Positions 48,040 to 60,833 of a stretch of DNA of 64,000 nucleotides are shown here, one piece after another. The DNA is from an uncultured Gemmatimonadales bacterium (GTDB lineage: Bacteria > Gemmatimonadota > Gemmatimonadetes > Gemmatimonadales > GWC2-71-9). The translations under genes were made by a program, and so were the position numbers. The notes below the pieces were generated by a model that saw only the letters and a list, made by a program, of their open reading frames with translations, did no database searches and had not been told where the DNA came from. The stretch's first letter is position 1. Each line of letters starts with the position of its first letter. The stretch is from NCBI GenBank assembly GCA_963695555.1, contig CAVOGR010000012.1, positions 29,743 through 93,742 on the forward strand, read 5' to 3'.

Positions 48040-48405
48040 TCACTCGACGTCGAGCGGCTGCTGCTCGACGACGTGCGCGCGCAGGGCGTTCAACTCCGCG
48101 CAGAGCTCCGCGACGATGCGCTCGAGCTCGACGAAGGCGGCTGCCGCCTCGTCCACCCTCCCCTGACGGGCCAGGGTGTCGAGCAGCACGGCGGCCTCGT
48201 AGGCCGGGGGGGCTTCGAAGTTGCCCACCGATCCCTTGAAGGCGTGCGCGGCCCGGTGCAGCCCCTCGGCTTCGCCGATCTCGAGCGCTTCACGGATGTC
48301 GTTCAGGCGCGACTCGCAGTCGATTTCGACGAAGATCTCGATGATGTCGCACAGGAGCTCGATGTCCCCGCCGGTGCGGTCCATCAGCTTGTCGAGTTCG
48401 ATCAC
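48040..48405 (-). CDS. Stand-alone Hpt phosphotransfer protein
   Basis: GGDIELL..I..IF, LHRAAHAFKGS..N (H-x-x-K-G); AAGGAG RBS. Confidence 0.88.
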   Translation of the reverse strand: MIELDKLMDRTGGDIELLCDIIEIFVEIDCESRLNDIREALEIGEAEGLHRAAHAFKGSVGNFEAPPAYEAAVLLDTLARQGRVDEAAAAFVELERIVAELCAELNALRAHVVEQQPLDVE

Positions 48406-48559
48406 GTCGGTTCACTCCTTGTGAACTGAGTCGATGGTGTCGGCGCGACGCGATGCCTCGAGATCGGAAACGCGCGTGCACGGCGAGTTCGTGATGACCG
48501 GGAGCGGTATGGCTCGAGCAGCGTCGGTGACCAGGCTGATTGCGGCTGCCGTGGCTGTT

Positions 48560-48575
48560 TGCACGGATCGTGCCG
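48560..48575 (-). promoter_or_regulatory. Putative sigma-54 promoter upstream of the Hpt gene
   Basis: CGGCACG-ATCC-GTGCA with GG-N10-GC spacing. Confidence 0.4.
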
Positions 48576-48704
48576 GGTGGAGGGCGAACGAGACGGGCGG
48601 GCGGATGCGCGCGCAGCGTGAGTTACGAGGGCGGCGAGAGGTGACAGCGACCGCTGCCGGCGCGGCACTGGTCGGAAAGCCCCAGGAACTGGGTGTCGCG
48701 CCTC

Positions 48705-49212
48705 TCAGCCGAGATGCAGTCGAGCCCGGTCGATGGCCGCGATCAGCGTCGTGAGGACCGCGCGCACCGGGCTCTGCTCGCTACGCGGGATCTCCTCGGC
48801 GACGCGGGCGTAGGCGTCGCTCAGCTGCTGCTCGACGCGTCGCAGGACTCGTCGCCCCTGCGCGGTCAGGGTCACGCCGATCACCCGGCGATCGCCGGGA
48901 TCGGGCAGTCGCTCGACGAATCCCTGCCGGACCAGCGGGTTGACCAGCCGGGTCACGGTGGACGGGGCAGCCCCGGGTGGCGGCGAGCCCGGCCATCGAC
49001 GGGCGTCCCATGTCGCGCATGGCGAGCAGTGCATTGCCCTGGGCGCGGGTCACGCTCGCCCCGGCCAGCGCCGCGAGTTCGAGGTCGCGCACGGCGCGCG
49101 CGAGGCGTTTGAGGTCGCCGGCCACGGCCGGTAACCGGCCCGCCGGCGCCTCCTCTCCCCCGCCTCGCCGGCTGCGGGCGAGGCCGCGCGTGCCCAGGGC
49201 CCGGGACCCCAT
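48705..49212 (-). CDS. MarR-family regulator (frameshift near 48975)
   Basis: VTRAQ..ALL....G.PSM..LA in one frame; [19 protein letters not shown]...V.LT..G in the next. Confidence 0.8.
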
Positions 49213-49499
49213 CACGTCACCCTCGCTCGGGCACCGCCCCGCTCGGGCGATCGCCGCCGAGTCACCGTCACCGTGCATGTCTTTGGTGGCCACAACCGTT
49301 GGTGAGCACAATTGATACGACAGCGCCGGGTGGCTGGCAAGTCCCAAATGACGCCTGTCCGGGCGCACACCGCACCACGGGCTCGACGATCGCGCACGTC
49401 TGGTGGTACATTGTCGACATTGGTTCTCGGTTCACCTTCGCGCGGGACCGGCGGCGGACCCGGCGATGGTCCGTCTCCCAGCTCACGCGGAGTGACCCC

Positions 49500-50561
49500 A
49501 TGCATATCCTGGTAACCGGCGGCGCCGGCTTCATCGGCTCGCACCTGTGCGAGCGGTTGATCGAGCGGCGCCACGATGTCGTCTGCCTCGACAACTACTT
49601 CACCGGCTCGAAAGACAACATCCGGCATCTGATGGGTCACCACCACTTCGAGGTGGTGCGTCACGACATCATTCACTACATCGACATCGAGATCGATCAG
49701 ATCTTCAACCTCGCCTGCCCGGCCTCCCCGGTCCACTACCAGCACGACGCCATCCGTACCATCCACGCCAATGTACTCGGGGTCACCAATATCCTGGAGC
49801 TAGCCCGCCGCACCGGCGCGCGTATCCTGCAGGCGTCCACGTCGGAGATCTACGGCAATCCCCTGATGCACCCGCAGACCGAGGACTACTGGGGCAACGT
49901 CAATCCGATCGGTCCGCGCTCCTGTTACGACGAGGGCAAGCGCGGTCGCCGAAAGCCTGATGGATGGACTATCATCGCCAGCATGGCGTCCGATATCCGC
50001 ATCGCTCGCATCTTCAATACCTACGGCCCGCGCATGGCGATCGACGACGGACGCGTGGTGTCGAGCTTCATCGTCCAGGCGCTGCGTGGCGAGCCGCTGG
50101 TCGTCTTCGGCAAGGGCGACCAGACCCGTTCGTTCTGTCACGTCCAGGATCTCCTCGACGGATTGCTGGCCCTGATGGCTGCGCCCGATCTCACCGAACC
50201 GGTCAATCTCGGCAATCCCGACGAGCACACCATCCTCGAGATGGCCGAGCTGATCCGCTCGAAGGTCGGCTCGACATCCGAGATCCAATTCGCCGAGCTA
50301 CCCACCGACGATCCGGTCAAGCGACGCCCCGACATCACGCGGGCCCGCGAGATCCTCGGCTGGGAGCCGCGCATCTCGCTCGACGACGGTCTGCGATCGA
50401 CCATCGACTACTTCGAGGGAGTGCTCAGGGTGTCATCGCCGATCCCGGCCTCGGCGCGGGCGGCGCGGGTTGCCGGCACGCGGGAGCGAGATGACGGTCG
50501 GGAGGCGCCGAGCGACGCGGATCGCCGGCGCCGGACCGGTGAAGAAGGGGCCGGCCGCTGA
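49500..50561 (+). CDS. UDP-glucuronate decarboxylase (extended SDR; local compensating indels ~49940-49990)
   Basis: [63 protein letters not shown]. Confidence 0.92.
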   Translation: MHILVTGGAGFIGSHLCERLIERRHDVVCLDNYFTGSKDNIRHLMGHHHFEVVRHDIIHYIDIEIDQIFNLACPASPVHYQHDAIRTIHANVLGVTNILELARRTGARILQASTSEIYGNPLMHPQTEDYWGNVNPIGPRSCYDEGKRGRRKPDGWTIIASMASDIRIARIFNTYGPRMAIDDGRVVSSFIVQALRGEPLVVFGKGDQTRSFCHVQDLLDGLLALMAAPDLTEPVNLGNPDEHTILEMAELIRSKVGSTSEIQFAELPTDDPVKRRPDITRAREILGWEPRISLDDGLRSTIDYFEGVLRVSSPIPASARAARVAGTRERDDGREAPSDADRRRRTGEEGAGR

Positions 50562-50625
50562 CGGCGGGTGGTTCGACCGGGTGGCCGCGTGATGGGGCGT
50601 TCTGGCGAGCCGCGCTCGGCGCGCG

Positions 50626-51961
50626 TCAGGCGGCGAGCTGCTCGCTCTCCTCTTCGCGAGCGAGGTCAGCGGTCGCCGGCGCCGGTTCGGCCGGCGGACG
50701 CGTCAGCGGCAAGACGACGACCTCCGGCAGCCCGGTGCGTGCGGGCGTCGGGTCGGGCGGCGCGACGATTGTTTGCCCGAGCATGACCTCCGCGCTGCTG
50801 ATCCATGCGCCCGCCGGCTCGAGATCATCCTCTTCGATGAACCCGCCGACAGCCGATTGACGGGAGAAGGCGCTGCGGAGCGACAGCACACAGCAGGCTA
50901 CCGTCATCAGTCCACCGCAGGCGACGAAGGCGCCGGCGTGACTCGGATCGAGGTAGAGCGCTACCGAGAAGGCGGTGTAGACGAGCGCCAGACCCACCAG
51001 CACGATCGCCGTCTCTCCCGCCCTGAGGCCGACGCGGATCAGCACGTGATGGAGATGGCCGGCATCGGCCGTCATCAGCTCGCTGCGTACGAAGCGGACC
51101 AGGCCGCCGAGGCCCCGATACCAGCTCTCCGACGTCAGGGTGCGGCGAATCACCGTCGTCGCCATCTCGGCGAGCGGCAACCCCATGAGCAGGATGGCGA
51201 CGCCCGGAAAGAGCGAGCCCTCCCCGCGCGACGGGCCACCAGGAGGGTCGCCGCGCTGAGCATGAAGCCCACGTAGAGGCTGCCGGAATCACCCAGGAAG
51301 ATGCCGCCCGGTTTGAGATTGGTGCGCAGGAAGGCGATCACCGCCCGGCCAGCACCGCCGCCAGCAGCACGGCGCCCGGCGCTCCCGAGCCGGTCGCGAT
51401 CGCCGCGACGCCGCAGGCGGTGATCACCCCCACGCCTCCGGCCAGGCCGTTGACGCCGTCGATCATGTTGAACGCGTTGGTGATCGCGGTGACCCAGAGT
51501 ACGGTGCAGAGGAGCGATGACAGCCAGCCGAGTTCGATGACGCCGTATCCTGGAACGGCCACTGCGGAGATCTGACCGCCCGCTCCGAACAGGATCAGGG
51601 CGAGCAGCATCTCGACGGTCAGCTTGACACCGGCCCCCAGTCCGCGCACGTCGTCGACGAAGCCGAGGATCATGAAGCAGGCACCGACGGCCACCACCAC
51701 GGAGAAGAGCCCGTCGCACCAGGACAGGCCGCTGGCCCCCGCATCGCGCACGGCGAGCATGGCGCCGACCGAGATGCCGGCGCAGACGCCCGCGAAGATC
51801 GCCAGCCCGCCGAGACGCGGTGTCACGTGCCGGTGCAGGCGGCGGGCTCCGGGATGATCGACGGCGCCGAGGCGGAAGGCGAGCGTTCGCATCAGCGGTA
51901 CGAGCAGCCAGGTGACGACGACGGCGGTGAGGAAGGCGACGATGGCGCTCATGTGATTCAT
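50626..51961 (-). CDS. WecA/TagO-like (MraY family) undecaprenyl-phosphate sugar-1-P transferase (frameshifted)
   Basis: AVDHPGARRLH..TPRLGGLAI, GFVDD, TNAFNMIDGVNGLA, IFLGDSGS, AD..HLHH, spread over three ORFs. Confidence 0.85.
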
Positions 51962-52318
51962 CGTGATCGATCGGATGGTCGTGCCGGGCCGAGTCGAGCT
52001 CGAGCGCGCCGATCGGCGCGCTCGGGCTAATCGACAGTCATCGCGCGAGATGTGGTGGATACCGAGTCTTCGCCGCGGGGTTGCGCACGCTCTCTTTCCC
52101 CATCGGATGCTGCCGGGCTAACTCAACCGGGAGCGAGTATCGACACGGGACAGGAGCGCGGCGCGTGCATCGGACGGGTACAAATCCGGGCGGGAGAGAG
52201 CGGGGGGCGTTGCGCAGCGGCGATGGCGGCGCAGATCGCCAGCCGTTCGGCGGTGCCGGCGGTCCAGTCGAGGTTCGCATCGGCAGTTGCTCGGCGCTGC
52301 CTTCGATCCGGTCGCAGC

Positions 52319-52714
52319 TCACATCGGCAGCCGCTCGGCAGTGCGGGCGATCCAGTCGAGACTCCTCCGCTCGCCGGTCAATGCCCTGAGCGCTCCCAGA
52401 CCGGAAAGGAGTACCAGACCCAAGGCGAACGCCAACCGCCCGATCACCTGAGCGACGACCCCGAGCACCGGTAACGGTCCCAGCGCCCATTCGGCGAGCT
52501 GCTCGGCGACACCGAATACCGCCGCCGAGAAGAGGATCAGGAAGGCTTGACGACCGTGGAAGCGCGCGAAGTCGTCGTCGGTGGCGACGAAGTAGGGCAG
52601 GAAACAGAGCGTCGGCACGTAGGCGAGCGCCGCGATCAGACGACTACGATCGGTCACGACGCCGGAGTGGTCGTGCGGCGCGCTCGACTCATCGAGGCCT
52701 GCAGGATTCGACAT
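52319..52714 (-). CDS. DUF4870-like small membrane protein
   Basis: AALAYV..L...P.......FARFH.RQA; three TM helices. Confidence 0.7.
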   Translation of the reverse strand: MSNPAGLDESSAPHDHSGVVTDRSRLIAALAYVPTLCFLPYFVATDDDFARFHGRQAFLILFSAAVFGVAEQLAEWALGPLPVLGVVAQVIGRLAFALGLVLLSGLGALRALTGERRSLDWIARTAERLPM

Positions 52715-52757
52715 GGATCGTCCCCCTCTCGCATGTCCGCCCGCGCGCCGTCGCCGG

Positions 52758-55011
52758 TCACGATGCCGACCACATCGTTGCCTCGAAGTCGGGATCCGGC
52801 GCGCGGAACACCAGCGGGCCGTGCGAGGGCAGCGCCTCGAGCGTTCTGCCGTCGTGCACGAGCATCACGGCCACCTCGACGGTGTCGCCGTGACTCACCG
52901 CCAGCTCCGCAAACGGTATCTCCACCTCCATCACGTCCCGCACGGCATAGACGCCCTCGGTCTCCCGCCTGCGAAAACCGCCGTCGTCGTGGCTGAACAC
53001 CAGCGGCTGCCGCCGCCGCCCGTCGGCGGGAGCCAGGGATAGCTCGATGCGCACGCGCTGCGGCCGGCTCAGCTCGATCCACAGGCGACGCTCCTCCTCG
53101 TTGGAGGTCTGGGAGAATTTCTCGACGCCGTCGACGCGCAGGTAGAGGTGATCGAGATCGAAGCCGTAGTGCAGGTGGGAGAGCTCCCGTGCACCGATAC
53201 GCATGGTGGCGCCGTTCTGGGTCGCGTCGACCTGGCCGGCCAGCTTCCACTCGTAGAAGTGCGTCACGCGTCCGTCGATCGACGGAGCGATGAAGCGCAC
53301 GGGCACCTGCTCGGACGACGGCAATCGGCCGAAGCGCCCCTTGATCGCTCGCATGCATTCGGGCGGCACTTCCAGGCCGAGTGCCTCGTAGGCGGCGATC
53401 AGGTGCCCGCGGAAGAGCTGGTCGAAGACGTCGAGATGGTTGCACCAATGCTCGTCGCCGTACCACCAGAACCAGTCGGATCCCTCGGCGATGTACAGGT
53501 GTCGCCAGGCCTTGGCGAGCGCCGGCCGCTCGGGCGAGCCGGACGCCGCGGCCGCGGGCTCGCTCGCCGCTGCCGCTGCCATCTGCCGCCAGCTCCACTC
53601 CGGCGGCGTGTGTCGCTCGAGCGTCGCACGGGTGGCTGCCAGCAGGTCCCAGGCGGCGTTGTCTTCGGGGTGGCCGATCCAGATCGTATAGTCGTGGTTG
53701 ATCCAGGAGCCCGCGTAGACGCGGTCGATGCGACGCTCGGGCGGGTGGCGCTCGAGGTAGTCGCTGACCGTGACCGTCTCGATGCGCGGATCGCCGGCCA
53801 GGCGGCTGTACAGCTCGCGCAGGAAGAAAATCCCGTCTTCCGGATAGTGCTCCCAGCAGTTTTCGCCGTCCAGGATGACCGGGACGAGCGGCGGGCGTCC
53901 TCCGGCCATCGGCCGCAGCCGGCCGGCCCGCACCACCTCTTCGACGAAGTCGGCCGCCGCGGCGGCGGGGTTCCAGTGCATGTAGGTGAAGCCGATCAGG
54001 TCCGACAGCCGCTGGTTGCGGAAGATGAGCGCCGCACGCTCCCCGTCCGCTTCGACCAGGTAGGGATGTCGGGGATCGGGTGGATCGTTGCCGGCCAGCC
54101 GCGAGCGCGCCAGCACACCCTCGTCCGAGGCGAGCCAGCGTACGCCGTGCTGGATGAGGCGTCGCACTGCCGAGTCCGAGATCGACCCTTCCGAGGGCCA
54201 CATGCCCGCGGGCCGCACGCCGAAGGCCCGCTCGTAGATCTCGCGACCATGAACGACGTGATAGTCGAAGTCGTCCGGATAGCTGAGGCGAGTCCGCGGC
54301 AGCACCACGTAGGGCATGGCTTCGCGCGCGCTCTCGCTGTCGAGCAGCAGGGGCAGGATCGGATGGTAGGCGGGCGAGGTCGACAGCTCGATGGTGCCCT
54401 TCTCGGCCAGCCGCCGGTAGAGCGGCACGATGCCCGCGAGGATCTCGAGCTGGCGGTCGAGCACGAACTGCTTCTCCTCCTCGGAGAAGTCCTTGCCCTT
54501 GTCGGCGAGCAGCTTGAGATCCGGATCGGTGAGGAAGGAGGGATCGATCCAGGCCAGATTGAAGAGCAGAACGAGATCGCGCATCTCGCCGTCGGTGAAC
54601 AGGTCGGCCTCGCGGCCGCGAACGCGGTGTCGCTGGCGGTGGTGGAGCTCGGCGAAACGCGGATAGCGCCCGATCATGTTCGCCTCGTTGCAGGAGAAGA
54701 AATTCTCCACCACGAAGCGACGCTCCTCGGCGTCGAGCTCGATGGTCGGACGCCGGCTCAGATCGAGATAGCGGTCGGATCGGCGGCCGCTCACGTAGTC
54801 GTCGATCTGCTCGATGAGGCTGGGGACGATGTTGACGGTGAACCGCAGGCCGTCAAAGGCATCGGCCAGCGCCACCACGTCGTAGTAGTCTTTCGAACCG
54901 TAGCTGCACCCACGGCATCTCGAAATGACCCGTGCGTGGATTCTCGTAGTGCGGCTGGTGCATGTGCCACACGAGGGCCAGGCAGACGCGTTGTTCGCTC
55001 GACTGGGCCAT
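52758..55011 (-). CDS. Glycoside hydrolase family 57 (amylopullulanase-like; frameshift near 54895)
   Basis: WHMHQP.Y, HPILPLL, GMWPSEG, LSDLIGF, ILDGENCWE, GSWI, AEGSDWFWW. Confidence 0.92.
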
Positions 55012-55118
55012 GGAGTCGGTCGAGGTCCTCTCCTGGGGCCCGGCGGGGTTCCCCGAAGTGTCGGCGCTCGGCGGCAGGTTCACCGAGCCCATGCTCCCTG
55101 ACGCTCGCCGCGACGACG

Positions 55119-55810
55119 CTAGCTCGGACCGGGCCGGCTCGACGTGTCGCTCAGTTCGAGCAGCTTCACCCGCACGTCGACTCCGGTCTGCACATCCGGA
55201 TAATCGTCCAAAACCTCCTGATAGAGAGCCCGTGCTCGCTCGGTGTCGCCCGCCAGCGCCAGGCATCGAGCCGCGCCCAGCAGGTCGATGGCGACCAGAT
55301 TGCCGTGGCTGACCTCGCGGGCGAGAGTCTCGTGGAGCCGGGCGGCCTCCGCGTAGCGTCCGAGGTCCTCGAGGGCGGCCGCCTCGCCGCGGAGGGCTGA
55401 GTTGCGCGTCACGCCCGCCTTCTTGTGCTGCTCGAGGAATGTCTGGTAGGCAGCCAGCGCGTCCTCGGTGTCGCCGAGAGCGAGCAGCGCGTCGGCGCGC
55501 GTCAGCCGCGCCATCGCGGCGCTCTTCGTCCCCGGCCAGCGCTGGATGAGGTCGTCAGCCAGGTCGATCGATTGCTGATAGCTCTGCGCCCAGAGATATA
55601 CTGCGCCTGGGAGAGCTGCGTGGTCGCCGTCGCCTCCTGGGAGCGCCGGGCGTTCCTCATCGCCGCCAGCGACGCCACCACCAGCACCGCGATGCCGACG
55701 CCGATCAGCAGGCGGCGCATGTTGCGCTGGGTCCATGAGTGCGCCTGGGCGACGAAGGTGACCAGAGGGTCTTCCTTGATCTGTCGTTTGGTCAGTCTGT
55801 GTCGCGTCAA
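55119..55810 (-). CDS. Membrane-anchored TPR protein (YfgM-like; frameshift near 55610)
   Basis: LTKRQIKED, single TM, then TPR helices (A...Y..VL..YP). Confidence 0.72.
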
Positions 55811-55828
55811 CTTCGTATCTCCGAACGG

Positions 55829-57393
55829 TCACGAACCGCTGGCTGCGACCAGCTGGTCGACGAGCGTCGAGGTGTCATAGAGAGAGAAACCGTACGCGGC
55901 GCTGAGCTCCTCGTACGACCGCCGGCTGCCGTCGCCCCACATGGTCGCGAGGAACTGCCCCGCCTGCTCGAGTCGCCACCAGTCTTCACCGAAACGCGAG
56001 CGCAGCGCATCGCGCATCTGCGCCGCTAGCTTGCGCCCGACCAGTTGCTCGGCGGCCATGGAGCGGAAGTCCTCGAGGTAGAGCTCCGAGTCGATGGTGA
56101 GGAACTTCACCTTGAGGCGCTCCTCCATGAGCGAATTGTACTTGGGTTGCCCATCCTCGAAATCGTCGTGCAGGACCAGCTGGAACAGGAACGAGGCGGC
56201 ATCGAGCCGGAGCTGCATCAGGGCGGCGAACTGCCGCGAACGCTTGAGGTCCTCGGCCTGGGTGTCGTTCAGCCCCAGTGCTTCCTTGGTGAACTCGGGC
56301 TCCGCCAGGAGATCTTCGAAGAGGTAGCCGGCGGCGAGATCGAGCGCCCGCGATTGCCAGCGCCGGAATTCCCACTGCCCGGTGGTGAGGTTGAGCAGCA
56401 GCTCGAAGCGCCCGAAGAACTCGAGAAAGGTCGCCACGTCGGCCGTGGCGCCGTACTCGCGACCCGCCACGATGATCTTCTGGAGCGGGTCGATGGCATA
56501 GACCTGGCTCCAGGGATCCCTCTTCTTGTCGGCCTTGAAGTCGACGTCGAGTATCTCGTTCCAGCCGGGCAGCCGCAGCTGGCTCTGCAACGTGCGCCAC
56601 ACCTTCTCGCCATCCGCCTTGGCGAGCGCGTCGTCCATTTCGGTGGACATGGTGAGGAACTCGAGGTCGTAGCGGCGCACCTTGCTGATGTCGGTGTCGA
56701 GAACCGTCTCGGCGCGCTCCGCGAGAGCGGCCTCGTAGGCCCCGGCGGTCTCCTGGAGGATCTTCTCGCAGTAGCTCTTCAGCTTGCCGTAGTCGATGCC
56801 CTGATGCTTGGCGGCCATGGCGGGAAGGAACCGTATCCGAGCGGGCCGAGCGCATCGTTGATCGTGGCGATGATCTGGTTCTTGTACACGTTGGAGATCG
56901 TGTACGCGTCAGCGAGAGTCACGTAGGCGAGCTTGCGTTCGCGGCGATCCCGTTCGCCGCGAACCATCGCGCGCACGTGGTGCAGAGGATAGGTGCCCGA
57001 CCCGAGATCGATCTCCTCGCCGAGCTCGAAATTGGCGCGATCGTCATAGCTGGCGGGGATCTTGCTCAGCACGATGTTGTGCTCGATGAGATCGCCGAGC
57101 ATGGTGTAGGGGCGGAATCCTGATCCGCACCGCCGGCCTTCGCCGGGTGCTCGTCGCGCAGATCGGGATCTTGCTGGGGCTGAACAGGTAGCCGAAGTCC
57201 TTGAGCACACCGGTCGAAACTGGCCTCCTTGGCCTGGATCAGGTGCTCGTAGTCGGTCTCCAGCCAGTTCTGGGTGAACTCCTCGAGCCTTCTCGCGGAT
57301 GCGATCCGGATTGGACTTGGCGCCGGCCACGCCGGGCATGAGCCCGACGAGCAGCAGGGCGACCAAGAGATACGACCAGTTCGCTGCCTTCAT
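55829..57393 (-). CDS. Secreted M3-peptidase-like protein with degenerate HExxH (frameshifted)
   Basis: Signal peptide MKAANWSYLLVALL. ORFs 56779..57606 and 55829..56818 join at LGYGSF/MAAKHQGIDY. M3-like features EFR, YLFE.L, LR.RFG..WW...AG.FL..W. The zinc motif position reads FLEFFGR. Confidence 0.6.
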
Positions 57394-57616
57394 CGATCTC
57401 TGTCTCCTATCTCCGGCTTCGATCGGCTTCGACCAGGTCGGCGCCGCGGCCCGTCTCGGGGCCTGGCGCCGCGGCCGACGGTTGCGCGCGGCGGCCTCCC
57501 CCCCGTTGCCCGGCGGCGGCGCGTCGTCCCGTGGGTCGTAACTGGCGTCTCCATCGCTCGATGCGCATGCGATGCGAGATCGTAACACAGGCTCCCCGGC
57601 GCGCACAACGAGGGGC

Positions 57617-58630
57617 CTATGAGTCGCACAGGCCGCACTCCTCCAAGCACTCCCCGCACACCAGATGTTCCCCCGTACACGCGTGTAGCGTCGCGAGGTC
57701 GGCGCCGCACGAGGCGCAGCAGGCGCCGACGACCTCGCCGCTGGCGAGATCGAGCTCGGCCTCGATGAGCGCCTCCGTGCCGCGCCGCACTTCCAGCGAG
57801 CGCGCCGGCTCGCAGATCTCCTCCAGGCCGATCAGATGCACGGCGACCCGGGGTGCGAAGAGACGGTTCTCGCGGTCGAGTCGTCGCACCCACTCGACCT
57901 TGCGCTCGGCGGCCCCCACCGACGGGGCCTGCTGCTTGCGGCGCAGGAGTCGCGATTTCTCCTCCTCGATCAGGTCGATGAAGAACTGGTTCAATCGCTG
58001 ACTCTCCCGCTCGAGCTGTGTTTCCGAACGACCGACGAAGCGCTCGACCTCCGGTCCGATGCGACGCTCGAGCTCCTCGAGGGCGCCGGCGAGCAGCGTC
58101 GCCGATCTCATGCGGATCCTCGTCGGCGATGCCCTGCTCCGGCGTCTCGGCGAGATTCTGGCCGCGGAAGAAACCGTCGCCCTCCTGGTAGCGGCCGCTC
58201 AGTCCCGACAGCATCACCGGGTGGATGGCATCGAAGCTCTCGAGCGAGCGGTAGGCGACCCGGAAGGTGAAGAGGAAGCTCGAGCGGTAGCGCGGCTCGG
58301 CCGATCTCGACCTCGAGACGCCCGTGCGGTGTGCCGATCGCCGAGCGGGCGGCCGAATCGTCGAGCAGGGCCCGCCGTGCGCGGCGATAGCGACGGCTCA
58401 ATCCGCCGAAACGCCGAGCCATGGCGATCAATCGGTCGAATACCGGATTTCCCGGCACCATGAGCTGCCCGTCCGGGTGGTCGTCGAGATCCCCGGTCGG
58501 AAGACGGCAGGTGAGTTCCGTGATCGCAGGCGCCGCCGGAGCCTCTTCGACAGCGTCGACCCGGTGGGGCCGCGCCCGTCCCCGTCCGGCTCACAGCCTC
58601 GCAGTGCCGGAAGAAGTCGCGCACGAATCG
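57617..58630 (-). CDS. YqhG-like partner of the SNF2 ATPase, with Cys-rich C-terminus (frameshifted)
   Basis: ESQRLNQFF...EEE...RENRLFAPRVAV; C-terminal CASC..C..H..C..C..CGLC; directly downstream of the SNF2 gene. Confidence 0.6.
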
Positions 58631-60775
58631 CTCGCGGTCGCCGGGGCGGGTGCCGTCTCAGTCGTCCCCCGCCGCAGCGACTCGAAGATCGACGATCGAG
58701 CTCGCGACATCACCTCGTAGCGCAGACGCGCACTCTCGAGCTCGTCGCCGAGCGGCGGAAACCGGCCTTCATCTCGTCGTAGTCGGAGAGCGTCCACAGC
58801 TTGAAGATCGCGTCCTCGATCGAGGTCGCCTCCGGGATAGTGGCCCAGGATCATGTCCATCTCGCCGATCACGAGCTCGAACATGCGGATCTTCTTTGCC
58901 AGGATCTCGAGCACGTAGGACTCGACCGTGCTCTCCGCGGTGAAGTTGTAGATGTAGACGTCGCGCTTCTGCCCCAGGCGGTGGATCGCGGCCGATGCGC
59001 TGCTCGACCTTCATCGGGTTCCAGGGCAGGTCGTAGTTGACCACGCGGTGGCAGAACTGGAGGTTGCGCCCCTCGCCGCCCGCCTCGGTGGAGATGAGGA
59101 CCGGGCGCCTGACGGCGGAAGTCGTCGATCGCCTCCTTCCGCCGCGCATCCTCAGCCCGCCGTGGAAGGCACCGTGCGTCAGGCCGCGCGCCGCAGAGCG
59201 CGCGGCGAGGAAGTCCAGGGTGCCGCAGGAACTGGGTGAAGACGATGACCTTCTCGCCCTGGCGTCGCGATACACGTCGAGGAGCGCCTCGCACCTTGTT
59301 GGATGCTCGATCGCTGCCGCCACGCTCGGCCAGCTCCGAGGCGCCAGCCGTCTCGAGCTCCGGCGCGACAGCGTGGTGGCGAGGCGTCTCAGGGTGCCGA
59401 CCGCGGCCGCGGCGAGCTGACCCGATCTCCTTCTGCAGCACCATGAGGATGAAGTGCCACCTCTGGCGCGACTTGTCTCGCCCGTTGCGATCGGGCTCCG
59501 AGACGAAATCGGAGACGTCGTCGTAGAGCTGGCGCTCCTCGCGCGAGGGCTCGAGCGTGCAGAGTCTCCACGAGGCGCTTGGGGAACCGGATTCGGTGTC
59601 GACGCGCGCGTGGTCCGGATCATCACCTCGCCAGCAGAGACGGGACAGCTCGCGGGTGTTGCGCGGGCAGTGCGGCGGTCCCTCGCACCATGAACTCGCG
59701 CCGGAACTGCGCGTAGGTGCCCAGCGCCCCGGGCCTGAGCAGGGTCACCAGGTTGTAGAGCTCGCGCAGGTCGTTCTGCACCGGGGTGGCGGTGAGCAGC
59801 AGCAGGTAGCGTGACGCGAGGGCGTTGACGAACTTCCAGCCCAGGGTCTGGTGATTGCGTCAGTCGGTGGGCCTCGTCGATGATCACCATGTCGTAGCTC
59901 TGCCGGAGGATCGCGCTGCGGTTGCGCATGGCTCCGCGCCGTGTCCGAGGGTGGTGATCAGGAAGTCGGCGCCGGCGCCGTCGGCGCCGTGCGAGACTCG
60001 AAGTCGAGGTCGAACTTCTGGCACATCTCGTCGCGCCACTGCTCCGCAGCGAGGCCGGCACCAGCACGAGCACGCGCCGCACCAGGCCGCGCAGCACGTA
60101 CTCCTTGAGCACGATGCCGGCCTCGATGGTCTTGCCGAGCCCGACCTCGTCGGCCAGCAGGCGCGCGACCGCTCATGTCGCCGATGACCCGGCGGCAGGC
60201 CTCGACCTGATGACTGGTAGCGCACCACGTCGCGGGCGAGATCGAACGCCACCAGCTCGGCCGGGTCGAGGCGCGCCGCCAAGCTCCTCCGCGCTTCAGG
60301 CGCAACCGCACCTCGCGGAAGGGGTGACAAGGCCCCGCGGCGGTGCCGACCGAGGAGTTTCTTGTAGCCGGGGACGAGATCGATGACCGGGCGGCGGGGA
60401 CTGCCAGCCCCGCGCGACCGGGCTGGTCGTCGGCGCCGCGCGCGGTGTGAACCGTCGTCCCCCGGCCGCTCGAGCGGCCTCGCTCGGCGAGTGCCGTGGC
60501 CACGATCGGGCCGCGTCCTGGCGACTCTCGGGGGTGGCGGGGATCGGGGCGGGCGGCGCGGGTCCGCCCGGTACGTAGCCGTCATCGCGGTGCACCGAGT
60601 CGACGCGGCCGATGATGTCGGGATGGATCGAGGTCAGACCGCTTGACACCCGTCCTCGAAGGCGACCTCGAGGACGTCGTAGAATCCGCGGTCGCGGGAC
60701 CTCGACGACCAGTCCGGTGCCGAATCGCCGAGTGGTAGATGCGCTCACCAACCCGTAGCGTTCCCGGTCCACCAT
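58591..60775 (-). CDS. YqhH/RapA-like SNF2 ATPase with N-terminal Tudor-like domain (many frameshifts)
   Basis: [87 protein letters not shown]. Confidence 0.82.
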
Positions 60776-60833
60776 GCCCCCCTCGTCCTCAGCTGCTGCG
60801 GGGCGACGGCCGCCCCGACGCCGTCGATACACC

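Noticed and set aside
53148..55400. Long + strand ORF (750 aa) and similar long antisense ORFs elsewhere
   Set aside because: Shadow frames of real opposite-strand genes (here GH57) in high-GC DNA; no recognisable motifs.
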